Positions 41,276-50,507 of a stretch of DNA of 64,000 nt are shown one piece after another. How positions within the stretch are numbered: position 1 is the first letter of the stretch; every line of letters begins with the position of its first letter. The notes beneath the pieces were generated by a model. The model was not told the origin of the DNA, made no database searches, and worked only from the letters and a program-made list of their open reading frames with translations. The translations under genes were made by a program, and so were the position numbers. The stretch is from Gammaproteobacteria bacterium (GTDB taxonomy: Bacteria > Pseudomonadota > Gammaproteobacteria > Eutrophobiales > Eutrophobiaceae), in assembly GCA_965222155.1 (NCBI GenBank), contig CBDCTH010000012.1, forward strand, positions 992,001 through 1,056,000, in the 5' to 3' direction.

Positions 41276-41647
41276 AAATTATCTCCGTTTGTGTTTTCTC
41301 TATCAGGTTACTCGATGGATATCGCTGACCTCGTGACACGCCTTAACAGTTTAAGATATTCCGAATACGGACTGTGCGCAAGAGGAATATTTGTTGCCTT
41401 TTTTGCTTTGCATCATGAATTCACAAGCCCGCTTCAGCCCAGGTAAGAAAAAACACGTTCATTGCGATCTCAAATGCAACGTACGGATTAGAAAAATCGG
41501 TGTCTTTGTTCAGGGTGCTTCCGTATTTGAGCTATTCGGCTTCATGGGTGATGCTCTCGGTTGATGTTCCGAAGAAGGTTGAACTTGATATATTTCAGTG
41601 ATTCTATTATTCTCTATAACGTTTAGCCAACACAGGAGTAAGTCATC

Positions 41648-42403
41648 ATGGAAAACGAACCGCATCGAGAACCCGCCACCCCCGAAGAAATCTGGAATAT
41701 TCTGCGAGCCGTATCGGAGGAGCAAAAAAAAGCATCCCACGAGACGGAGGATATCAAAAAGCAGATAAAGGCTACAGGCAAGCAGTTGGAAGAAACCTGC
41801 AAGGTGATAAAGGAGGCCGGTGAACAGATAAAGGAAACAGACCGGCAGATGAAGGAAACTGACCGAAGGATGGACAAGCGGCTGAAAGACACTGACCAAC
41901 GGCTAAAGGACACTGACCAACGGCTAAAGGACACTGACCAGCAGCTAAAGGACACTGACCGACGACTGAAAAAGCTGGATGAGTTGTTTACCAGTCAGTG
42001 GGGTAAACTGGTGGAGAGTCTGGTGGAGGGTGACCTGATTCCCTTGTTGCAGCAACAAGGGATAAAAGTGCTGACGACACATCCCACAGTGAAGGGCCGA
42101 CGTCATGGCGAGCATTATGAGTATGACATTCTGGCGGCGAACGGTGAGGAAGTGGTGGTCGTGGAAGTCAAGACCACGCTACGGGCGGGGGACGTGACGC
42201 ATTTTCTGGAGAAGCTGGATAGATTCACGGGTTGGGTGCCGGAATTCAAAGGGCGGAAGGTTTTAGGCGCAGTGGCGTACCTGAAGGTGGATCATTCCGT
42301 GGAGGTATATGCAGAGCGACAGGGATTGTATGTCATCCGGGCCACCGGGAGCAGCGCCAGCATCATCAACCAAGCAGGTTTTCGGCCCAGAGTGTTCTGC
42401 TGA
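41648..42403 (+). CDS. Coiled-coil heptad-repeat protein with C-terminal PD-(D/E)xK nuclease-like domain
   Basis: (L/M/I)K(D/E)TD(Q/R)(Q/R) repeats, then WGKLVESLVE...EYDILA...VVEVKTTL. Confidence 0.75.
   Translation: MENEPHREPATPEEIWNILRAVSEEQKKASHETEDIKKQIKATGKQLEETCKVIKEAGEQIKETDRQMKETDRRMDKRLKDTDQRLKDTDQRLKDTDQQLKDTDRRLKKLDELFTSQWGKLVESLVEGDLIPLLQQQGIKVLTTHPTVKGRRHGEHYEYDILAANGEEVVVVEVKTTLRAGDVTHFLEKLDRFTGWVPEFKGRKVLGAVAYLKVDHSVEVYAERQGLYVIRATGSSASIINQAGFRPRVFC
41828..41972 (+). repeat. In-frame 21-bp tandem repeat
   Basis: CTAAAGGACACTGACCAACGG and variants, about six copies. Confidence 0.9.
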
Positions 42404-42680
42404 TTGGCTAATTATACGGGTATATGTGAAATTAGGAACAGGTCACAGTCTGGTAGTTGGTTGTTGGAGTAGGGTGTGCCTCTTTCACTGACGGTGAATG
42501 AAAACTGAACGAGGAAGTGATGGTAAAAGGGGTCAGAGACTGAAGGATTCCCACGAAATCGCAGTCCCGCCATTCCAGCGAAAGCTGGAATCCAGTAGAC
42601 TAACCTTCCTTTCCTGCTTGCGCAGGAATGACGGACAGTATCAGGAGTCCGATCGTATAAACAGAAAAATACTGATTTCA

Positions 42681-45600
42681 ATGCCTGACACAAAGCACCG
42701 CACTGCAATCTCAAAATACCTGAGTTCCCTATCAGGCGAGCACCGCACCGGCAAAGCCACCGAGCACACTTACCGCCCGGCCCTGCAAGTCCTGCTGGAA
42801 GCCGCCCTGCCCGACGTGCGGGTTACCAACGAGCCGAAGCAGATAGCGTGCGGTGCGCCTGATTTTGTGTTGAGCCGCAATCAAATCCCACTCGGCTATA
42901 TTGAAGCCAAGGACATCGGCAAGAATCTGGACGACACGATCCACAAAGAACAACTGACACGCTACACCGAATCGCTGGATAATCTCATCTTTACCAACTA
43001 CCTGGAATTTCGCTTGATCCGCGCCGGCAAACTGGTATCGACGGTTGTCATCGGCGTGGTTGCCAACGGAAGCATCCAACGCAAGGCTGAAAACTTCGTC
43101 GCTTTTGCCGCTCTTCTCGATACGTTCATCGGCTACCAGGGGCAGACCGTCACCAGCGCCAACGACCTCGCCAAATATATGGCGCATAAGGCGCGCCTGC
43201 TGTCACAGGTCATTACACAAGCGTTACGACAGGATGAACAAGAGGCACAAACCGAAACGAAAAGCGTATTGCAGGGTCAATTGGGAGCGTTCAAGAAGTA
43301 CCTGATACACGACCTCGAAGCCCTAGCTTTCGCTGATGTCTATGCCCAAACGGTGGCTTACGGCATGTTCGCAGCGCGCCTGCACGACCCGACCCCGGAC
43401 ACCTTCACGCGCCGGGAAGCGGCCGAACTCATCCCCGCTACCAATCCGTTCCTGCGAAAGTTTTTCCAACACATTGCCGGTTATGAACTGGATGAACGGA
43501 TCCACTGGATCGTAGACAACCTCGCCGACATTTTCCGCGCCGCCGACGTTGGCGAGTTGATGAAGGGCTACGGCAAAGCCACCGCCCGCAACGACCCGTT
43601 CCTGCATTTTTACGAGACTTTCCTCAGAGAATACGACCCAAAATTACGTAAAAGTCGCGGTGTTTATTACACGCCCGAACCAGTGGTGAACTTCATCGTG
43701 CGGGCGGTGGATGACATTTTGCGCGACGAATTTAATCTGCCTCTCGGCCTCGCCGACACCAGCAAAACCACCATTGAGGTCGATGGGCAACCATCTCCCG
43801 ACAAACGTAAGAAAGGCAAAATCGAAAAGTACAAAAGGGAAGTCCACAAGGTGCAGATCCTTGACCCCGCCACCGGCACCGGTACCTTCCTCGCCGCCAT
43901 TGTGCAAGAGATTTATAGCGGGTACTTTTCCAAACAGAAAGGGATATGGCCGGAGTATGTCAGGAAAGACCTGGTTCCCCGCCTCAACGGCTTTGAGGTG
44001 CTGATGGCTTCCTACGCGATGGCCCATACCAAACTGGAAATGGTGCTGCGCGACAGGGGCTGCGAACTCGGCAACGAGCGCCTGCGCATCTACCTGACCA
44101 ACTCGCTGGAAGAACACCATCCCGATACGGGCACCTTGTTCGCGCAATGGCTTTCCACCGAGGCGAATGAGGCAAATTTCATCAAGCGCGATACGCCGGT
44201 GATGGTGATCATCGGCAACCCGCCTTATAGCGGCGAATCGGCGAACAAGGGCGAATGGCTCGCCGACTTATTGAAAACCTACAAGCAGGAACCAGGCGGC
44301 GGCAAATTACAGGAGCGGAACGCCAAGTGGCTCAACGATGACTATGTGAAATTCATCCGCTACGGTCAACATTATATCGAGCGCACCGGCGAAGGCGTGC
44401 TAGCGTACATCAATCCCCACGGTTTTTTGGACAACCCTACATTTCGCGGCATGCGTTGGAGTTTATTACAGAGTTTCGACAAGATTTATATCATTGACTT
44501 GCACGGCAACAGCAAAAAGAAAGAAACCGCGCCGGACGGCTCGCCCGACAAGAATGTGTTTGATATTCAGCAAGGCGTTTCCATCAACCTGTTTGTCAAG
44601 ACCGGAAAGAAAGGAAAGAATGCACTGGCACAAGTGTTTCACCATGATTTGTACGGTGTGCGCGAAGGCAAATACCAGTTTCTATGGGGAAATAATCTTG
44701 CCGAAGTTGGCTTCGAGGAACTGCATCCGAGAGCGCCGCAGTATTTTTTCGTACCGAAAAACTACGGCTTGCAGACCGAGTATGAAAAAGGATTTCAACT
44801 GAATGACCTGTTCCCGGTGAATTCGGTAGGCATTGTCACGGCGCGTGATAATTTTACCATTCATCATACGCCGCAGAGTCTTAAGGCCACTATGATGGAA
44901 TTTCTCTCCATTGACGATGAAGCAGCTCGCGAAAAGTTCTCATTGGGAGAGGATGTCAGAGATTGGAAAGTCAGTCTGGCAAGACAGGATTTGGAAAAAA
45001 ATGTATTTGGTGAACATAACGACAAGATAGTACCCATTGACTATCGTCCTTTTGATATTCGATACACCTATTACACGGGAAACTCAAAAGGGTTTCACTG
45101 TATGCCGCGTGGGAAAGTCATGCGCCACTTTCTTCAGGGCGGGAATATGGGGCTGGTTGTTGCCCGTCAAACTACAGATGATGATTGGTCTGGGGTCCAA
45201 ATATCGGACCACATTATTGACAACCGTTACCACTTTACATACAGGGGTATTCCTTCACAATTTCCTCTCTACCTTTACCCCGATGCCAAACAACAAAACA
45301 TTGACGGGCAACAAAACCGCGTACCAAACCTGAATCAGGACATCGTTCAAACCATCACCAACCGCCTCGGCTTGCGCTCCGTGCCGGAAAGGGTTGACAA
45401 CGACGCCGACACCTTAGCCCCCATTGACTTGCTGGATTATATCTACTCGGTGTTGCACTCGCCCTCGTATCGGGAACGATACAAGGAATTCCTGAAAACA
45501 GATTTCCCCCGTGTGCCGTACCCCACCGACAAAAACTTATTTGGAAAACTGGTTAAACTCGGCGGTGAATTGCGCGCTCTGCACCTGATGGAAAGCCCGG

Positions 45601-45905
45601 CTTTGGCGCAACTGGTTACCGGCTATCCCGCCAGCGGCGACAACATCGTATCGCAGCTGCAATACCAGATCACCGACACTAAAAACCGCACCGGCAAAGT
45701 CAATATCAACCAGACACAATACTTTGAAGATGTGCCCGAAATTGCCTGGAACTTTTACATCGGCGGCTACCAGCCCGCACAAAAATGGCTGAAAGACCGC
45801 AAAGGCCGCACCCTTGACCATAACGACATCATGCACTACCAGAAAATTATTGTCGTCCTGGTTGAGTCCGACCGTATTATGCGGGAAATAGACAGTCGAA
45901 CTTAA
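42681..45905 (+). CDS. Single-chain restriction-modification enzyme (type IIG-like with type ISP-like specificity domain)
   Basis: APDFVL...YIEAKD nuclease motif, GVYYTPEPVV, ILDPATGTGTF, IGNPPY, C-terminal DFPRVP...IGGYQPAQKWLKDRK; no helicase motifs. Confidence 0.88.
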   Translation: MPDTKHRTAISKYLSSLSGEHRTGKATEHTYRPALQVLLEAALPDVRVTNEPKQIACGAPDFVLSRNQIPLGYIEAKDIGKNLDDTIHKEQLTRYTESLDNLIFTNYLEFRLIRAGKLVSTVVIGVVANGSIQRKAENFVAFAALLDTFIGYQGQTVTSANDLAKYMAHKARLLSQVITQALRQDEQEAQTETKSVLQGQLGAFKKYLIHDLEALAFADVYAQTVAYGMFAARLHDPTPDTFTRREAAELIPATNPFLRKFFQHIAGYELDERIHWIVDNLADIFRAADVGELMKGYGKATARNDPFLHFYETFLREYDPKLRKSRGVYYTPEPVVNFIVRAVDDILRDEFNLPLGLADTSKTTIEVDGQPSPDKRKKGKIEKYKREVHKVQILDPATGTGTFLAAIVQEIYSGYFSKQKGIWPEYVRKDLVPRLNGFEVLMASYAMAHTKLEMVLRDRGCELGNERLRIYLTNSLEEHHPDTGTLFAQWLSTEANEANFIKRDTPVMVIIGNPPYSGESANKGEWLADLLKTYKQEPGGGKLQERNAKWLNDDYVKFIRYGQHYIERTGEGVLAYINPHGFLDNPTFRGMRWSLLQSFDKIYIIDLHGNSKKKETAPDGSPDKNVFDIQQGVSINLFVKTGKKGKNALAQVFHHDLYGVREGKYQFLWGNNLAEVGFEELHPRAPQYFFVPKNYGLQTEYEKGFQLNDLFPVNSVGIVTARDNFTIHHTPQSLKATMMEFLSIDDEAAREKFSLGEDVRDWKVSLARQDLEKNVFGEHNDKIVPIDYRPFDIRYTYYTGNSKGFHCMPRGKVMRHFLQGGNMGLVVARQTTDDDWSGVQISDHIIDNRYHFTYRGIPSQFPLYLYPDAKQQNIDGQQNRVPNLNQDIVQTITNRLGLRSVPERVDNDADTLAPIDLLDYIYSVLHSPSYRERYKEFLKTDFPRVPYPTDKNLFGKLVKLGGELRALHLMESPALAQLVTGYPASGDNIVSQLQYQITDTKNRTGKVNINQTQYFEDVPEIAWNFYIGGYQPAQKWLKDRKGRTLDHNDIMHYQKIIVVLVESDRIMREIDSRT

Positions 45906-45933
45906 ATAATAGTGTCGTTACTGGGGGTACCTC

Positions 45934-45984
45934 ACACAGTTTTAGTTACAGCCTCAAAGTGGACCTAATTCAGGGGAAGTGTCA
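45934..45984. mobile_element. Abutting IS terminal remnants (IS256-like and IS3-like ends)
   Basis: On the minus strand TGACACTTCCCCTGAATTAGGTCCACT then GAGGCTGTAACTAAAACTGTGT. Confidence 0.45.
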
Positions 45985-46036
45985 CTTTGACATAGCGGAT
46001 GATATCCTGCTGTTTCTGTTCTGTAAGCCTCGCCAT
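45985..46036 (-). pseudogene. 5' stub resembling a DNA methyltransferase start, cut by the IS end
   Basis: AAGGA RBS then MARLTEQKQQDIIRYVK. Confidence 0.4.
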
Positions 46037-46095
46037 TCAATTATCCTTTGTTCATCATTCTGGCTGTATATCCGGTATGCGAAGCTGAAATGAAA

Positions 46096-46152
46096 ACATA
46101 ACGCTCGGTTCAGCGGTGAGCGGAGCGAATTCGCTGCAACCACATGTTATAG
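46096..46152 (-). other. Integron attC site
   Basis: CTATAAC-ATGTGGTTGCAGCG-AATTCGCTCCGCTCAC-CGCTGAACCGAGC-GTTATGT, 3 bp after the stop codon of the upstream gene. Confidence 0.75.
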
Positions 46153-46155
46153 GCT

Positions 46156-46999
46156 TTATTCACTTGGCCACCTTTTTAATCTTTCTGCCACTCCATATAT
46201 ACTTTCCCACGATTCTCCCTTGGTATTCTCGTCAGTAGGTATTCCAGAAATATCAGGCACATCATCAGTCTCGTCTACATCGGTTCTGGCGACATGGGAT
46301 ACCAACATTTTTCCACCAAAACTATGACCACCTTCATGGATAGGAATAACCTGTCCTTCCCATCTATCTGACCCATTTCCATCAGAGCTGCTACCGTCCT
46401 CCCAATCAATGTAAGAGGCATCATCAGTAATCAAGTCCCTACTGTAATAGTGTGTCATATAAAGTGCCATTTTTCTGGCGCATAGATAGTCCTTTAAGTA
46501 TTGAGCTCTTATCTCTAATAGTGTTGGCTCATTACTTTCAGTAACTTTTTGCCTCGCAACTTCGATATAGCCATCCTGTGGGCATACCCAAGAATTTCCT
46601 TCTCGCTTTAAATCAAGCGCTAAAACTAAATCCTGATTTAGGTGCCAAATGTGAGGATCATCATCATCATAAGACATTTGTTTGAGTACAAGATGAACGC
46701 CTTCGAACTCACCGTTGTAATCTTTATATATATCTGCCGGAATATAAGCCTCATCTTCAACATGTCCATAATGTTGATGACCTATCCCGATATCCATCCA
46801 GCCGAGTTTTTTTGCTGATTCTAAATAAATAGTAGGAACTGCTATTGAACCACTACCAAAGAAGTCTTCTTTCTTTATAGCCTGTATAGCCATATCTTCC
46901 AATGTGTTCATTGCGAGAGACAGCTCTCAATGGAATCCAAACAGATTTACTAAAATTCCTTCGGCGAATGTCCTGCATTTCAAACCAGTCTTGGTTCAT
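46156..46999 (-). pseudogene. Cassette-borne hypothetical protein, frameshifted near 46875
   Basis: AAGGA RBS, MNQDWFEMQDIRRRNFSKSVWIPLRA...GYTGYKE then shift into the 46911 ORF frame (EDFFGSG); preceded by GTTAGGA at 47040-47034. Confidence 0.65.
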
Positions 47000-47049
47000 C
47001 TTATATCCTTCTCTATATTTGATTCTTGCGCTCTCCTAACCCGGATATC

Positions 47050-47227
47050 TCACAAATGAATTGATTATGAATTCGGCTCCATGCATCTCATATGGGTGTT
47101 TTTAGCGATAGAATGTATTCTGGGAAATGTCGTACCATTTGCAGGTATAGCTGATGTTCCCAGACTGTTTGGCATCCTCAAGAACCCAGGTTTTACGACG
47201 TATATCATGTACCGCTTGTCGCTTCAT
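47050..47227 (-). mobile_element. Decayed IS481-family transposase 5' fragment
   Basis: MKRQAVHDIRRKTWVLEDAKQSGNISYTCKWYDISQNTFYR*KHPYEMHGAEFIINS. Confidence 0.6.
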
Positions 47228-47287
47228 ATTTCAGGTCTCCTAATTGATAGCTGTATGATAATAAACCGTCTGGCAAAGCCTGTAGTT

Positions 47288-48748
47288 TCATACACTTATG
47301 TCGTCTATAGCATCGACACTTTTCTTTTCAGTCTTGACGGGTTTTTCAATTGGTGGTGCAGGAAATTCGACAATCTCGCCATCAGTATCCGCGATCGCTC
47401 TTCGGCAGGCCTCAGCGTAACCTTTATCTTCAGAATGTTCATTAAGGTATCGGGTTGGTTCGAACATATCTGGCGTTCGAACCAATGCAATTCCAGTCCT
47501 CTTCGCTGCCGTTAGGCATTTTTCGGTGAAAATATTAGAGCGCTCTTCTGGTGCCACTAACCGGTAGCCGTTGCCAAACAATACCCCATTTGCAATTTCG
47601 TCGACTTCATCGCGGCTGAAGTCTTCATGCAAGTTACGTTCTAACTGGCTAAATTTAGCTATACCAATAGCCTTATTGTCGCGACCTTCCGCTTCACCAA
47701 TGAACCGTCCCTCAGGTGCGGAAAAGACCGCATCGAATTCGGACTCGCCGTTTTCAAAACCATCTGCATCGAAGCCCATCAGTTTTAGGCTCTCTAAAAT
47801 AGTATCTTCAAGTGGTGTACCTTTTTCGAATAGAAGCTGGCGGGGCCAACCTATGATCACTAGTTCTTGTTGAAGTGTGTTTTTAGTCTCTTCGAGATGA
47901 GTTAGTTCTTCGGAAATATGGGTAATCTTGGCTTCAAGATGACCTTCGCTCGACAGACGATATAGGTCACTAGATGCCCAGTTCGGCGGCGGGGTTATGG
48001 TCCTATTCGCGGATATCGCTTCTGCAAGCGAACTTATGGCCGCCACAAATCTCTTACCCGCCTGCAAACCGGCCTCCGTCCAGACGTATTGACCGTCATC
48101 ATCTTTCTCAACGAACTCAGTATTGCCGAAATCAACGGGTGGCAGAAAAAGAATCTCACCGCCATCCTTAGATCTCTTCATTGCGCCTACAACTCTACTA
48201 CCCACTTCTGATTCTAGTACGACCTCGGAAAACTCCCCCATGATTTCAGCGCGATAGGGCGAATAATCTGAAAACTCATCCCAATACGGCGCAATAACTG
48301 ACCCCGCCTTGGTAGTTTTTATCCTCGTACCCGTCTTCGTCGAGTATGAATCTATGGTCGGTAACATATCGTAAGAACTTATGTTTGTAACCTCATCAGT
48401 AACTTTCTGGTTCCGGCCCGTGCCAGTGGTTTGTTTTTCACCGGTATACCGAAAACATTCGACTGGTGCCGCCAAATAAACGACAACCAACTTTCCGGCG
48501 TTGACCGCTGTGACGATTTCGCTCTTCCAATGACGTGTTTGCTCTGCCGCTGCAAATGAACCGTGCTCCGAAAGACAACTCTTACCTCGGAACAAACTAT
48601 TGTCGTAGTCGTACCAACCTCTTTTCAGAGTAGGAGTAAATAAAATAATGTCAGCGTCCAACAATGTTCGATTAGAATGAATATCTATTTCGAGAATATC
48701 TTCCCCAGGCACTTCCGTATTGACCGAGAAGATTGTTTTATTTGTCAC
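47288..48748 (-). CDS. Hypothetical protein with coiled coil and C-terminal restriction-endonuclease-like domain
   Basis: LEDTILESLKLMGF...EFDAVF...IGEAEGRD...KFSQL...GVLFGN. Confidence 0.7.
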   Translation of the reverse strand: MTNKTIFSVNTEVPGEDILEIDIHSNRTLLDADIILFTPTLKRGWYDYDNSLFRGKSCLSEHGSFAAAEQTRHWKSEIVTAVNAGKLVVVYLAAPVECFRYTGEKQTTGTGRNQKVTDEVTNISSYDMLPTIDSYSTKTGTRIKTTKAGSVIAPYWDEFSDYSPYRAEIMGEFSEVVLESEVGSRVVGAMKRSKDGGEILFLPPVDFGNTEFVEKDDDGQYVWTEAGLQAGKRFVAAISSLAEAISANRTITPPPNWASSDLYRLSSEGHLEAKITHISEELTHLEETKNTLQQELVIIGWPRQLLFEKGTPLEDTILESLKLMGFDADGFENGESEFDAVFSAPEGRFIGEAEGRDNKAIGIAKFSQLERNLHEDFSRDEVDEIANGVLFGNGYRLVAPEERSNIFTEKCLTAAKRTGIALVRTPDMFEPTRYLNEHSEDKGYAEACRRAIADTDGEIVEFPAPPIEKPVKTEKKSVDAIDDISV

Positions 48749-49110
48749 TATAGTCTCCGAGATGAAGCTCTATTTCACATTGATAAACACTGTATGATCG
48801 CGTGCGACTGGGACTAATAAGTGCGGATTCCGGTTGATTTTTATCATTTTATCTTTCTAATGTGGTAGGTTAGATCATAACACTCAGGATGGTCCGATTC
48901 ATTCTCCACTTCACTCATCACTTTAGTCTATCCCAATATATAGGTTACAGATTATGTGGCGGAGAGGGGAGGGTTTCGGGCCCACAAGGAGCTACCAACA
49001 GTATAAGGAAGGTTTGTCCACTGGATTCCCGCTTGCGCGGGAATGGCGGGACTGCGATTTCGTGGGCGTCTTTCAGAGTCTGTCCTCTATTTTCCTATAT
49101 CCGTCCCTGA

Positions 49111-49356
49111 CTATGAATTCATATCATCAAGAATATCTTTTACTGTGCGCGGGCTGAATTTACCCTGCTCTGCCTCTATTGCACCCTGTGCTACCTCGTA
49201 ACGTAATCGTTCTGTTTTGAGCAGGTAGAGAAGTTTTTCATTCTGGTCCATAAATCTGAGCGCCTCCCTGATAACTTCACTGGCATTATTATACATGCCT
49301 GAGGCAACTTTTGATTTAACCCGGGCCTCAAGTTCCGGTGTAAGAGAAATATGCAT
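49111..49356 (-). CDS. Orphan ParD-family antitoxin, copy 2
   Basis: Nearly identical to 12688-12957. Confidence 0.85.
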   Translation of the reverse strand: MHISLTPELEARVKSKVASGMYNNASEVIREALRFMDQNEKLLYLLKTERLRYEVAQGAIEAEQGKFSPRTVKDILDDMNS

Positions 49357-49733
49357 AGCGTGAAATGTTACCTGACCATCAACCCGTATAAGCATGAACG
49401 AATAGACAAAGATTGTCAAAGTCTGTATCTACAGCGGAATGTGACTTTACTCATATTTCCGCTGATTCTTCGCTTTTGAACTCAATCCGACCGGGTAAAA
49501 TCAGTATCGCTATAAGGAAACAAAGCAGCGGCCGTCCAGGCTTGACGGGAATAGACTTGTGTAGACGTTATAAGGAAGGTTATTTGACTGGATTCTGGCA
49601 TTCGCCAGAATGACGACAGCGCGGGAAAATGTGGTCTGTCCCTGAATGATCTATTGGAAAAAACTGGTGTTTGACAAAAGCTCGCCCCTCGCGTATGGTT
49701 GACAAAAAGGAAACTCAGTAAAGAGGGAGCAGT

Positions 49734-50039
49734 GTGCATGTTATATCCAGGAAGCTTTTTTATGCTGCTGCAAACAGATATCCGAATGATGCAGCGGCCA
49801 TTGAAAGAACGTATAAGGTTCTGCGCAAGGGCGAGTTCAAACGTCCGGATGATTTGAAGAAGGTGTTTCCATCACTGGATAACTTTAAGCATAGGGACAG
49901 ATGGTGGGTCATTGATATAGGTGGCAACAACTTGCGTTTGATTGCCTTTATTGAGTTCAAAGATAATCGTATGTATGTTAAACACATTGTAAATCATACC
50001 GAATATATCAAGCTTTCCAGACGCTACGCAAAAAGGTGA
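49734..50039 (+). CDS. higB: HigB-family toxin
   Basis: MHVISRK...DLKKVFPSLDNFK...VIDIGGNNLRLIA...KHIVNHTEY. Confidence 0.88.
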   Translation: MHVISRKLFYAAANRYPNDAAAIERTYKVLRKGEFKRPDDLKKVFPSLDNFKHRDRWWVIDIGGNNLRLIAFIEFKDNRMYVKHIVNHTEYIKLSRRYAKR

Positions 50040-50045
50040 GTTAAT

Positions 50046-50459
50046 ATGGTATTTGCAGCCATTAAAGAACAGGCTTGTGAGCTCTTCAATCAAGCGCCAT
50101 TTATCAGCCACATAAGCAACGAGGCTGATTATGCGCAGGCTTTGGCTCTTATGGATGAGTTGATGGAGGATTACGATAACCAGAAACCACTTATTGACAT
50201 GCTTTCTGCTTCTATCGCTCGATGGGAGGATACATCTCCCGAGTTTAAATCATTCAATGACCGTATTGAAAAACTCGACGGTGGTATAACAACGCTGAGA
50301 GTCATTATGGAACAACATAAACTCGGGGTAGCCGACCTGCCGGAGATTGGGAGTAAATCACTGGTATCCAGAATATTAAGCGGTGAGCGCAGGCTGACGC
50401 GTAATCATATTGAAGTATTAAGTAAACGATTCAATATAAGTCCGGCCCTGTTTTTTTAG
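50046..50459 (+). CDS. higA: HigA-family antitoxin
   Basis: NEADYAQAL...LPEIGSKSLVSRILSGERRLTRNHI...SPALFF. Confidence 0.88.
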   Translation: MVFAAIKEQACELFNQAPFISHISNEADYAQALALMDELMEDYDNQKPLIDMLSASIARWEDTSPEFKSFNDRIEKLDGGITTLRVIMEQHKLGVADLPEIGSKSLVSRILSGERRLTRNHIEVLSKRFNISPALFF

Positions 50460-50507
50460 CTGGATTGGACGAAAATCCTATTTTACGGGGGGAGTTCAGG
50501 CATCGAA

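Larger units (their letters stand above)
42540..49076. mobile_element. IS4-ended, REP-armed cassette enclosing about 6.4 kb of cargo
   Basis: Left arm 42540-42611 and right arm 49003-49076 are the two halves of the element at 12968-13116; outer flanks also match that locus in inverted orientation. Confidence 0.65.

Noticed and set aside
41510-41955. Minus-strand ORFs with SVSFSRW repeats
   Set aside because: Antisense shadows of the 21-bp repeat in the plus-strand gene.
42498-42680. N-terminal extension of the R-M ORF
   Set aside because: It runs through the IS4-like end and REP hairpins; the ATG at 42681 is the more plausible start.
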